A DNA stretch of 64,000 nt from Polymyxa betae A26-41. Its lineage: Eukaryota; Protista; Endomyxa: Phytomyxea. Where the stretch lies: contig RBZT01000480.1 in NCBI GenBank assembly GCA_003693705.1, forward strand, positions 22,702 through 86,701, given 5' to 3'. Every line of letters starts with the position of its first letter. The stretch's first letter is position 1. Positions 1 to 12,191 of the stretch are shown piece after piece. The notes beneath the pieces were generated by a model. It did no database searches. It worked only from the letters and a program-made list of their open reading frames with translations, and was not told the origin of the DNA. The position numbers and the translations under genes are program-made.

Positions 1-87
1 GAATATGAATATCAATAGATCAAGGAGTCTTCCTATTCATTAAAGTGCACTATGTTTTCAAAACAGTTTTTATCGCGCAAAACTCTA

Positions 88-1106
88 CTCCCTCCGTTCA
101 AAAATAAGTGTCGGAAATGGGTTTTGAAAATATTCAAAAACAAGTGTCGCAATTTTTGTCTCAATAAGTCCGTCCCAGGTGCACTTCTAGAAACATTTAG
201 ATCTCGCTTTATTCATCAGTCTTTAAGCATCTCAATGCTTGATTGATGACGTTTCGTTCAACACTGATTTGCAAAGGAAGACGGTTCTCCTTGATCATCT
301 TCTGCTTCCCCATATAGGGAATTTGTAATCGTTTTCCCCCTCTCTTTTCATTGACTCCAGCATGCATTGCAGTTTAACGCTTGATCTGGCATGTCAAAAA
401 GGACTGCTGCACTACAGATATGAGCTCATCCACGTTTACAGACTTCTTCTTTTGCTGCACAGCCTGAATGGCTCGGAAAAATCCCAAACCTAGGACATTG
501 AAGTCTGGACTATTGGCTGGCACATCCTTTCTATTGTTCGCCTATTTATGTTCAGTTCTTGGGAAAGATCTTAAATGGACCCTTTTTTGAGCTTTCCATT
601 GTTGCTTTTCATCAATAAATTTTCGTAAATTCTGGCGCATATCGTTCCCTAAATGGGCTTCGATCGTGGTGGTACGGCAGGAGCATTATCAGTGCCTGCC
701 ATTTCAGCATCGGAATCATCCGCAATATTACAAGAAAGCTGCTCAGTTATCGATTCGGCTGAGTAGTCAGCCACTTGATGCCTTGCGCCGGCGATTCCAC
801 AGTTCGAGAGTCTATCGACAAGGGAGTCCATTTTGAAATGAGCACATTTCAGCAGAAATGATAACGTTACCACTGGGAGGCTGCGGCGCCCTCTTCACTG
901 CAATGCCTACATTTGCTGAATTTACTATGGAAAGTGAGCTGTGCTCTATCTGCGAGCATAATTTTTTTATTTCCAGCAAAAATTGAGGCTGGGTGATGAA
1001 GGAATCATATAGACATGCATGTAGCAGTTTCCTGGGAAATGGTTAAGATCTGACGTTAATCCGTCACGCAACCGCATTTCCGACACTTATTTTTGAACGG
1101 AGGGAG
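88..1106 (-). mobile_element. Defective Tc1/mariner element of the plant-type DD39D (Stowaway-related) clade
   Basis: Perfect 32-bp TIRs CTCCCTCCGTTCAAAAATAAGTGTCGGAAATG (88-119 and 1075-1106), flanked by TA on both sides (86-87, 1107-1108). The minus strand carries broken transposase motifs: PANSPDFNVLGLGFFRAIQ (~463-520), a frameshifted LQCMLESMKREGENDYKFP block (~315-372), and a DNAPA-like word (~677-691). Confidence 0.93.
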
Positions 1107-1206
1107 TATCAAATATATATTAGGGCATGTATGATAGATTCCTATCGAAGCATCCCATGACGTACGAATGGTGACGGACTCCGTAGCTGATCACTTTAAT
1201 GAATCG

Positions 1207-2864
1207 ATGTGGGTCCATCGTCTGCTGTTATCTATTGCTGTTCTATGTCAGTGTGTGGATATCTGTTTTACATTACCATCATCATCTACATCTGTACCGT
1301 CATGGATACAACGTCATGTAACAGCATTCCAAGAGGTCATATCCAGATCTGTAACATGTAACTGTTGGGATGGTGGGTGCGAAGTCCTAGACGATGGATG
1401 CGATAAACTCAAACAACACAATCTCACACTCGGTGTGTATAGCTACTCTGATTTATTCGATATGTTTGTCGCACTTATAAAGTCCGCAGAATGTTCCACG
1501 CATGTTTCCACTGGAGCGGGGTGCGGCCATCTTACTCACTAGAATGTTCCGAACACTCCAACAGTAACTACATATGGACTCAACCATTAGATCATGTTAC
1601 ACAGCCATATCATGGAGGTGCATTACGTTTACTAATCACTACATTAGTATATGATGATGGTATTGGTGATGTATTTATTGCTTTAGAAACATCACGCACC
1701 AAAAAGCAGATATTCACGGACATGAACATCAGTTTAGTATTTCAATTTCAAAGTCCGACCGGTATGAAAGATCTTCATAATGACTGGACGGAATTCGGCC
1801 TCCAATCGCATCAAATACGTGACGTACACGACCGCAACATTGACGAGATCCGCGACTGGGCCAGCACGTCGTTCGACGCGATCCTGGTCGTACCGTACCA
1901 CCGTCCCGAGTTCCTGACGGGCCTGGCGCTGCCCCTCTACCATATCCGTGAATATCATCTATATGATAGCCCACTTGAAGGGCTCAGCTTCGGCACTTAT
2001 GATAACGGGCACGGCGTGCTGGTCCCCGACGTACCGGCCCCGGACTCGGCGTTCAATGACCCTCGCCTGACGGCACTGTTCGCTGCCATCGCCGAACACG
2101 GGTTCGATTCGTTTCTGGCGTATCTGAAGGGGTTTATGATACGGAGGCGGTTTCTGCGAGCCGCGCTTCGTTACATGAAGCAGCAACGCTCACGCGGTAT
2201 CGTTGTGTTTATGAATGGTAACGTTGATGCCGATACGTTACGTGGTCTGGTGCGTACACGGGTCCGTGTCATTAATATGAATGAGACTACAGATACATCT
2301 ATACAGTGGACATCTCGACATCCATCTGTTACTATCATACAGAATCTATCTGTTACACATAGTGACTTTATGAGATTAATAGATCGTGTATCTGGTCCAT
2401 TTATAGGATGTCGTGGTGGATCATCTATTATGGAAGTTCTATTTACTGGCAGAATACTTTATTATGAACTTCCACATCAAATGTTTCCTCTTATGGTTAT
2501 GTGTGCTCAGATCATTAAACGTATTAATGCAGATCAAGACACACACCTATCACACCTATTTCATCTGTTTATTCGAACGCTACCGGACCAGAATGTGATC
2601 GAGTACCACCTAGGGGGCGGGTCTTGTACGGCGAACGTATTCGGGTCGTGCGCTGGGCCAGATTCGGAACGCCGCTCACTGGACGAGATCGAGAGTTTCC
2701 TGCTACGCAGTGATATATCGGAGTTGCAGGCGGAGATCCGGCGCCTGTGCCAGTACCTCCGAGACGAATGGGATTTTGCCAGATTTTCTCCGACCGTGAT
2801 CGATCGATTGACCACTGAACTCAACGAACGCTACCGCCCATCAACCAGCAAAATGATCGAATAA
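1207..2864 (+). CDS. Putative secreted GT-B fold glycosyltransferase-like protein (distantly EarP-like), 2 exons
   Basis: Signal-like N-terminus MWVHRLLLSIAVLCQCVDIC. A 50-bp GT-AG intron (1433-1482) joins ORF 1168-1542 in frame to ORF 1491-2864. Motifs DDGIGD, IREY, FLAYL and HSDFMRLIDRVSGPFIGCRGGSSIMEVLFTGRILYYE. The ORF is solid; the function is inferred from motif memory. Confidence 0.6.
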
Positions 2865-4735
2865 AAATTGCTCAAATTACAATTCATTCTTTATGGCATT
2901 TCGATCGTTTAGTTTATTAGATGTAATCTGCTTCTATTATGTGATTGCAGGATCTTGATTATTGCATTTCGATTATCGAATGCTGTATAAAAAGTCGGGC
3001 ATCATGTTGCATTCGAACTTCATTACAGGCTACGTTACTGGATTTCATAAGCATGGCATCAGTCGGCTCATCTGTACAAAACCGCAATCGGTGAAGGAAA
3101 CATTAAATGATTGGTGAGCGCTTATCAAAATGTGACAATTTGCACAGAATGAAGACCATTCTATATCTAAATTAGGGTTAGGGTTTACTGTTTCCTGATG
3201 TTATATAACAGGCCGGCAACGTCACAGAAATCGGCTCAATCGGCCGCGCGACTCGCTCCAATATGAACGACTGGCGAGCGCTGCTAATCCGTAGTCACAT
3301 AAACAGCAGAGCTCCGAGTGGTTTCATTACATGATCAGCCAGGTTACGTTACAATCCTGGATCTCTGTGTCAGGTTCACGACTTTCAAGTCGATCTTCTC
3401 GCCATCCCATTAAGCCTTAATCAATCACAGAATACAATCAGTACAACTTAATCATTATTACAGCTTGTCTATCTTGACATCATTGTGTACATAACCGGCC
3501 CAATTTATAGCCGTTAGAGCTTACTCTCTTTGCTTTTCTGTACCCTCTATTCAGTCTATTGCAATGTTCTATCAGCGAAAGCTCTCAGCATCATCCGAAA
3601 CATAGAGACTGATGATCTTTTGCCTGCTGATCGCATTGGCCTTGATTATTCGATTCCATCATAGCTATCTCAGTGGAATATGATCTGAATAAATGCATCT
3701 TTGAACACCGAAATCATGACAGAATGCTTCACCTAGCTGAATGCTGTATTAGTTCATGAATGGTAAGATAAGTCTGTACGTTCGTAGTATGGATATCTAT
3801 CTTACACTCCAATATGGAAGCCCCAAGACAGAGACCGCCGATATCAATGATAATACCGAGTTCAATCCCATTTATTTCTATAAGGAAGCAGATCTATATC
3901 CTCATATTACTATTCATTGTATGATTATGCCACTTCCCAAGAAATGTGTTTCTGCTGACAAACTTGAAGCCAGCATCGCTACCGGTAATTGTTCCAGTAA
4001 CGGAGGAATCCATTTGCCGAGACATGTTGTCAAACGAATTCTGATGCCTGGCGGGATGTTAACTGCAAAGTCCATATCAGAATCCAGTATGTATTTGAGT
4101 ACTTTATATTATAGGTAAACCTGTGTAGTAGGTATTCCTTTTCGTCTTCGTCAAATCAGCACAAATTCGCACCGCTCAAGCATCAGGCAGATGGGGTTTC
4201 CCACATCCTGTCACAACTCATATAAATCCAGCTGTGACATAAAGATCTTCGCTTGCTCATGTTTTTCTGTGGAATGTTTAAGACAAAAGAGGATGTTTTG
4301 AGCCATTAAATCCCTCACCAGCCCAATGTCAAGTTTTCATTAATGGATGCACGTACTGAGCCAATTAAACCGATTGAGAATAGAATTTCTCTCATATAAC
4401 CGCACATTTGCTGACAGCGGAGTCATACTGCCCTTCTTTGGAAGCAGGTTGTGGCTATGCAAATATAAATTTCAGGGCCAATCTCGAGTAGCAAGCTATT
4501 GTAATGAATATTGGATGATTTCAGCATAGCAGATTTCTAACATTGCTACAGTAACAATGGGATGCCTACTACCGGTAGTCGTCGACGATTGAAGGCCCAG
4601 CACTGGCATTTATCAAATGTCTACTTTATCATCTCTAAAGCACGAGAGAGGGCGTAGAATAGCTAACTTCAATGATATTCGTTCATTGCCTATGACAGTG
4701 CTTTGTATTACTGAGCCTAAATGAACGTTCTCATA

Positions 4736-6773
4736 TTAAAGGCTGGCTCTCTGTAAAGCCTCAGCAACGCGGCGGCCATAGTCAGGATCGCATTTAGAAA
4801 AGTATTCAATAACTCGCTTCTGAATCTTCGGATTGGCATGCTTAACTGATCCAGCGATGTTATTAGCCAAATTAACTCGCTCCTGTTCGTTTAAGACGTT
4901 ACGATACAGCGCCCTTGGCTGAAAGTACGGTTAAATGAAATTTTGAACAAGGGGTCCGATAAACCTGAGCGAAATCGTCGTTCGGGTGACTTTGAGGAAA
5001 ACGGGCAGCTTTACAAGCAGATATCGGGTACGCCTTCGCGGCGTGGGCTTTACTTGGCCTGGGAGTTCCTTCAACGGAGTTAGGGAAGTAATTTGGGCCA
5101 GATCCACCCTGCAAGGAAATGAGCTTTGTAATCTTAGAAGATGAAAAACAGGATTATACATTTCCATTAATGCACATAGAGCCATCTCTCTGATAATTAG
5201 CGACGCCGCTAGCATACGGGCAGTTAACTGGAATTTGGGCATAGTTCACTCCAAGACGATGGCGATGAGTATCAGGATAAGAGAATACGCGAGCCTACAT
5301 TGACAATATAAGACCTGGCAATGGACAATATACACTGATTGAACCTGGAGCATCTTGTCAAGACTAACTTCAATCCCTGGGACAAGGTGCCCTGGGCTGA
5401 ACGCTGATTGCTCAACTTCAGCAAAGTAATTGGTTGGATTGCGGTTCAAAACCAGCTTTCCAACTGGCAGCAAAGGATAATCACTGTGCGGCCAGACCTA
5501 AATGATATTGGGAGTTGAGAGAATTGGGTCAAAGCAAGCTACCTTGGTGACGTCGAAAACATTCCATTTGTATTTATATCCTTCCTCTTCAGACATAACC
5601 TAGGCCCATAAGAGAAGCGTCGCATTAATGCTCACTACGATCTTCACCTGAATATACATAGACCATGTGGCCGATTTTCCGGATTGAATATGGCTAAACA
5701 GATCCCGGGTCGCGTGATCTGGATCTTTCAATCGCATTTCGCCTGCTTGAACACCATTGAAATTCTGTTTAAAATCGTTTCACCATAGGCAATAAACAAG
5801 AAGTACAATCGTCACCTTAATGCCAGCGTCAGTCTTATAATGAAATTTAACCCAGAATGATTCATCGTTAGCGTTAACCATGCGATAGGTGTGAGACGAA
5901 TAACCTTATCCCGACTTAGATAACATCAAACAAAAAACAATGTTACCATTCATGTGGCGATAGCTAGCTGGAGTTCCTCGATCAGACATCAAAATAGTAA
6001 CCTGGTGAATGGACTCAGGAGCAAGACTAATATAACACATCAGAAAAGCAAATGCGTTCTTTGTCATAAGCACTTACGTCAGGAAATCCCAGAACATGTT
6101 GGGATCAGGGCAGTTTGTTGCGGGGTGACGTTTTTGGGTATGGATAAAGTCAGGAAACTGCACTGGTGTCAGACCGCTTCTCCAAACGGTGGCGACTCAC
6201 TTTGCTCGGATCACGAATGAAGAAAACTGGAGTGTTGTTACCGGTCATATCCCAAATACCTTCCTCTGTGTAGTGCTTGACAGCGAATCCACCTACAAAC
6301 GAATGAAATAAGACCAGTGCACATATTTAGTTGGCGGCTTACGGGGATCACGAGCAGCATCAGCTGACCCTTTCTCACCACCGACTGTACTAAAACGAGC
6401 AAAAACAGTAGTTCGCTTTCCAACCTGAATGGCATTTTAAGCTAATTCACCAGAACCTCAGCAAAACTGTTGACCTTGCTAAACACGTTTGCTTTGCAGT
6501 ATCTAGTAATATCGTGAGTGACTTCAAAGTAGCCATAGGCACCGGCGCCCTTAGCGTGCACAACACGTTCCGGAATACGTTCGCGGTCAAAGTGAGCTAA
6601 TTTATCGACCAAATGGAAATCTTCCATCAGAAGCGGTCCATAAGGCCTGCCGACCAATCAATTCGAACAGAGCGTAGACAGGAAGAAAGTCACTACCCAG
6701 CCGATTTGGAATTGTTATCATCATCGATAGGGGCACCATTGCCTGATGTCATGACGACAGACGAGCGAGACAT
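4736..6773 (-). CDS. CAT: Monofunctional heme catalase, multi-exon
   Basis: Spliced motifs [95 protein letters not shown] and NYFPNS. More than 10 short GT-AG introns. C-terminus ...QRASL (PTS1-like). Confidence 0.97.
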
Positions 6774-8017
6774 GTTAGAGAATGCAGAGATGTAGACAAG
6801 AACACGATAAGATAATGAATAGTGATATCAATGTTGTCTAAGTGGCTCTATCACACTAATTAAAGTCACTTCTCGCTTCAGCGCAGCCCATTCGCCGCGT
6901 TACCCTACAGCCACCCATTCGGTCGCCCCTGAAGGTCCCCTTTATCGGTAGTTTATTATCGGCAATAATAACCCTGATTGGGTAGGTCTCGGATTCATCA
7001 ACAAATCATCAAAAACAATGCTTGTAAAGCCAAGATGATAAAATGTTTCGGTGAATGATTGTTGAATACAAATGAACGAAACTGCATCTAAACACCAATG
7101 TAGCAGAAATGCTACCTGGGACCTCAGCATTTTCTAATTGACTCTTTGCCGATAAATAGCTTGGCGAGTTAGGTTAAATAAGTTCAAAATTTTAAACTAG
7201 CAGAGATTCCACGCTAGACTAATGCTGACTTGCAAATAAATACCCCCTCTGTGCACAAAAACAATCTTAGCCATATTTAATGTGAATTTTTGTTAAAGTT
7301 TCTCTTCTTGGCACGCAATTTGAAGCTCTGGTGCGAGAACTTGAGTAAAAATTTTCGGCTCCAAAAGAAAATTGATCGCTGAGATAGTGAGATAGTGGCC
7401 ATGCCTTTCTGACCTTGCAACAATGATCGATAAGCGCAATGGAAGTCGGTACAGTATAGGGAACGACTCTTAAATCAAACATATGCAGAAAGATCAGCTC
7501 GACCGAGCCTGCGTTGAAAAAGTTTCAAATTGACGCTTTTAAATCAACAATCAAGAACGTTTTCTGACCAACTATGCCAATTGGACATTTCTTCATTGGA
7601 CAGCGCATATCCACGAAATCGGGTATTCATTACGGGACAGAGAGGTACCAATGTTTGCTCAACAGGAGCTTAAGCCTCAACTGATGGCGAACAAATCTCA
7701 CATGGATGCAGGGAATATGGATCGCATGGGCGCCCAGGTGTGGCTATAGATGGCATGGGCTTTTCTTATCAAAGTTGATACAGAGTAAAAGACTCAATGC
7801 TCACATTCACGAAAATGCCAATATAGAAGTCACCAAGCAATGGGAACCAAATGAATCACTTGACAGTATAATCTTGGCCATAGAAAGCATTCCGCTTTCT
7901 TGGAGTGACAAATCACAATTTAAAGAAAAAAAATGCGAAATATTTTTCCATGATTTCCGTGACTCCGGTTCACCCGAGATGGAATTTCTAACAATTAGCA
8001 TTTGAAATCTGATAGCG

Positions 8018-8617
8018 ATGGGCCGAGCTGGTGAAGAGTCTGAGGGAATTGACCTCGATAAGGCCATGGCCTCAATGAGCCGAGATAATTTGGAAATGGT
8101 CCTGGCCATTTGTATTCACAAATACCCGGATTGCTACGATATCTTATTGAACGAGCTTCGCAAACCAATCGATCTCTCTCAATTGAACATCGACGATTCT
8201 ATCGACGCTTTAGAAGACGACCCAGAAACCGCGATCGGCCTTCTGACTGATATCATTGAACGTGCCAACTCTTTTACCGACTCGGATTGTATCGCCAACG
8301 CCATTACTATTCTGAGATCGACGACAGAGCTTATCTCCAAAAACACGGACATCATCAAGAATATCGATGACAGCGATTATCTGAAGGAGTTCTGGGTGAT
8401 CCTCGAACAAGCATGGGAATCGCTATTCAACAAAGTCACTGAATATGACAAGATGAAATCATTATTTAGCGATCTGGCAGCATGGCGCAAATCCATAGTT
8501 GGTTGTGCTGGCCCGATCTTCGACGAGTCATTACGGGCACTGAAAGCGAGAATTGAGACCATTCGTGCTGAACGCCCAAAGAAGCGCTCCAAAACCGAAA
8601 TGCTCACATCCAAATAA
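8018..8617 (+). CDS. Hypothetical acidic alpha-helical protein (199 aa) with C-terminal NLS-like RPKKRSK
   Basis: Intronless ORF with protein-like composition; no family recognised. Confidence 0.7.
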   Translation: MGRAGEESEGIDLDKAMASMSRDNLEMVLAICIHKYPDCYDILLNELRKPIDLSQLNIDDSIDALEDDPETAIGLLTDIIERANSFTDSDCIANAITILRSTTELISKNTDIIKNIDDSDYLKEFWVILEQAWESLFNKVTEYDKMKSLFSDLAAWRKSIVGCAGPIFDESLRALKARIETIRAERPKKRSKTEMLTSK

Positions 8618-9557
8618 ACTGATTCAATCGTTGAGATACTTGCAGAGTTGTTAGGAGATGAAGATAGACACGATCGTGAAGTCATCCATAATCTCACCAA
8701 TTTGATTGCAATCAAACCTTTTCAATCAGTGATCAACATCTAGCCGTGACTTAAGTCAACTACAAGTATCAAAACGGCGATGTCATTTTGATAGAAGAGT
8801 ATCGCTGTTGATTCTGGAGGAATCTTTCTCCCGATTCCACGATTTCTTGGGTCATATTGTTCAATGTTGGCGAATTTTAAATAGAGAAAAAAAATGGAAG
8901 ACTGATGAAGCGATATACGCTAGACGTTGGAAACAAGAGATGTGAGTGAGGGATTAGCAGGAACCCTATTCAATATCCAGCGCCTTCACATACCATTCCA
9001 ATACTGATTCTAGATATACAGTGAAATATAGCGTTGGTTCTAGAATCTATCAGATTAGGCTGCTGAGAATAGCCAGAGCACCAGCCGTTCCGATGGTGGA
9101 GGTATCAGCTGCGTTAATCACATCGAAGTCATCATAGCCACAAGCGACTCGATTTTCTTGAAGAAAAAAAAAACATCAGGTTTGTGCGTAAGATGTGCGT
9201 TTGCTGACAGGCGCAAAAACTGCTGTGGTAGGGGCGCGGCCAACGCATCTTACTGCCGATTGCGCAGTATTTCAGCCAGTTGATCGAATCTCTTTGCTGC
9301 ATTCGAATCGAGTTGAAACCTCAGTCGCCTTTTATCGGCAATCGTCTGCGAGCAGCTGTCACCTTCCCTCCACGTCTTAGCTGCAAAGTATGTCTCTCTT
9401 TCTACTTCAGCTGTATTTTGGTTCTTGAGCTAGGTTTTGTTTCTAGTCAGTTTGCTCTTTTTCACGATGCCTCTTTCAATTTCAGCTGACGTTTTATGAC
9501 TCTGTTGGCAGCATTTTTGTGTATCATCAATTCTAAGGCTGCTGGATTATAGGCGGA

Positions 9558-10281
9558 ATGACAACTGAGAATAACGCGGGCTCTTATGGTGCTATCCTGC
9601 TCAGGAATCAACTCAAAGGTTATCCTCTGATTTTGATGTGTATATGAATCTAATTTTTTATGCAGATCTAATCAAGAGTCCTGTTGATGGATTCTCTGTA
9701 GGTCTAGTTGATGATAGCAATATCTATGAATGGCAAGTCATGATTGAAGGTCCATCGGGGACCTTGTTCGAAGGAGGCTTGTTCCCAGCTTTGTTGAAAT
9801 TTCCTTCATCGTATCCAAACTGTAAGTACCATTTAATCGCTTTCGAGCACCCATATTTATCCCATTTTCGTAGCTCCTCCTACCATGATTTTCCAGACAC
9901 CCGATTTTTGGCACCCCAACGTCTATCCTGGTAATTCTTCTGAGGCCGTCTTCACAGCATGTAATCATGTCTGAAATGCAGACGGCCGCGTTTGTATTTC
10001 GATTTTGCACGAGGCCAAAGAAGACGCATTCAACCAGCAAGAATCAATGGAAGAGAAATGGCGTCCTATTCTTGGCGTAACTATCTCTGTCTGTAGTTCT
10101 TTTCCGTTTGTAAAGATGCTTTCAGGTGGAAAGCATTCTGATCAGCGTTGTATCACTATTATCAGACCCGAATCTTGAAAGCCCTGCCAACATTGATGCT
10201 TCTATCAATTTGCTGAGAGATCCAGAAGGATATCGCAAGAGAATCCGGCGACTGGTTCGACGATCTGTTGAAATGATTTAG
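9558..10281 (+). CDS. UBC7: Ubiquitin-conjugating enzyme E2, UBC7/UBE2G class
   Basis: Spliced GFSVGLVDDSNIYEWQVMIEGPSGTLFEGG, FWHPNVYPDGRVCISILH plus acidic loop EAKEDAFNQQESMEEKWRP, and SLLSDPNLESPANIDAS. Four ~50-bp introns. Confidence 0.93.
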
Positions 10282-11453
10282 AAAACGTCAAGAACTCTCT
10301 GTGCATATATTTTGACAAACAAGAATTTTCAATCTTGATGCATATATATTTTTCCACCTAATATCAAATCTTTGGCTTTTCCTATATCATATTATTTAGC
10401 TGTTGTAGTGTAAATATTCGGCTTGAGATGGTTTCTCATCCCTCCTCAAATGTCACTTGTCAGCTGACACTTGTATGGGAAAAACATTGCTGCTTTATGT
10501 CTCCATTCTCTGTTTCACGAAAGATTCTGATTTGCACGCTCGACCTCAATGCTGGCCCATTTCTTCATGCTAAGGAAACCAATGACACACGTGGATTGGA
10601 TCCCATGGCCTGATTCCTTTGATCGAATGATATTTTCAGAAGCTGCATGCTCAACTTTGATTCTATTGTCGTTTGCTTTCTAAAATCTGATAGTTGTGCA
10701 GATTTTGGAATTTTACTGAATACTATTGTAAACAAGCAATGAGTAGTTGTGTCTTATCGAATTAAGCAAAGTTTTCTTGCCTATCCCAAAGCTAGAAGAA
10801 AAATAGTTCAAAAACTCTTGATGTCTACCGTTTTAGAGCTACCGTAGAAGACATCTAAACATGATACTCTATGCATTTTCCGAACGTTCTTGATGCCAAC
10901 CTCGTGATTATCCAAGGTCGATAATTCGGCTTAACGACGACGATCTGGAAACTGGACGCATCACAGCGGCGAACTTTAGCATAGATGTGATGAACGTATG
11001 ACTATAACAGACAACATATTCAGAATTCATCTTCGTGAGCCAGCACTGCCAATAATACATCTTAACAATCGCCAACAAAATCTCAACCTGGCATCCCCCT
11101 AGTAAATTCAGCTTGACCCATTGTCTTGAAGCCTTATAAAAAAGCAATGGAGCCAAACCAAGTCATTCTATCAGCTTCTATTGTGAACCTGGCGGATGTG
11201 CTTCATTTAACTGTATTGCTGGCTAATTCGGACCAGATCTAGTGGAATTCGGTTACAAACAATGATCATGTAAACGCTAATAGGGTCGAGCAACGTATCT
11301 GGCAAATATCAGGAGGCTCCTCTGTACGCTTCGTTAATGCAAAGAGAAAACAGATTCAACGGCTCTAAATGTCTGATCTGGGTCGATGAATTTCGCTTTC
11401 GCCGATTCGATCACATAATTAAGTTGGCTACTTTTGTATACTCATTTGCAAAC

Positions 11454-12191
11454 ATGTCGCAACCGAATCCGCCTTCCTATGCAGAAAAGCTTAAGCAATC
11501 ATTGGAGCAAACCTCCGATCTCGGCCAGGCTCCAAAACTCTCAGCCACCGCCAAAGAGTCCATTTCCAGTTCAAAAAGCCAAGTTCTGGGGGATCGACCT
11601 TCGGTCTCTGCGAAAGCTAAAGGTCCTGCAGCAAGATATCATGATCCTGCCATAAACAAACATCCTTCACATGTTGATGAATATGGATCAGGTGATGTCA
11701 CTGAAGCCCTTCGACAACAAGCTGTGAATCGTTCTGGGCCAAATTACTTACCGGAAGCTGAGGGTCGAACTGAAGCTGGCAGTAAGGCAGAGCCAGTTAG
11801 TGAAACAGGTCGTGAAACTGGCCCTACCATAACAGAGAAGGCAAAAGAAAAGCTATCAGCAGCGAATGAATCATTGAAAGAATCAGTAACTCGTACTCAA
11901 GAGAATCTTAGTGAGGCGATGAGCGGAGGCATTCAGCAGAAAGCAAGCAAAGCTTGGGGCAAGACTAAAGCAGCTGTGACACCAGATGAGAATCAACCTT
12001 CTATGATGGATAGACTCACTACATCTATAGCTGAAGGATCCAAGAAATTGACAGAAACTGCCCAGAACGTGAAAGAGAGTATGAAAGAGGGAGTAAAGAC
12101 AACATTGGGTCTGGGTGAAGCTGGAAACGAGCCTCCACAGACCACGTTGGCAGAAGAAGCAATCGCAGGAGAACCTCGCAGACCGGCCTGA
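11454..12191 (+). CDS. Hydrophilic LEA-like / intrinsically disordered protein
   Basis: About 245 aa rich in A/E/K/S/T/Q, no Cys. LEA-type segments TEKAKEKLSAANESLKES, QKASKAWGKTKAAV and ETAQNVKESMKEGVK. Confidence 0.65.
   Translation: MSQPNPPSYAEKLKQSLEQTSDLGQAPKLSATAKESISSSKSQVLGDRPSVSAKAKGPAARYHDPAINKHPSHVDEYGSGDVTEALRQQAVNRSGPNYLPEAEGRTEAGSKAEPVSETGRETGPTITEKAKEKLSAANESLKESVTRTQENLSEAMSGGIQQKASKAWGKTKAAVTPDENQPSMMDRLTTSIAEGSKKLTETAQNVKESMKEGVKTTLGLGEAGNEPPQTTLAEEAIAGEPRRPA

Noticed and set aside
3756-4529. Plus-strand ORFs 3756-4118 and 4347-4529
   Set aside because: No motif or consistent exon model on either strand; probably decayed sequence.
10830-10841. GTTTTAGAGCTA, identical to the start of the Cas9 CRISPR repeat / sgRNA scaffold
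   Set aside because: Single 12-mer with no array, scaffold continuation or cas gene, in a eukaryotic context; treated as chance.
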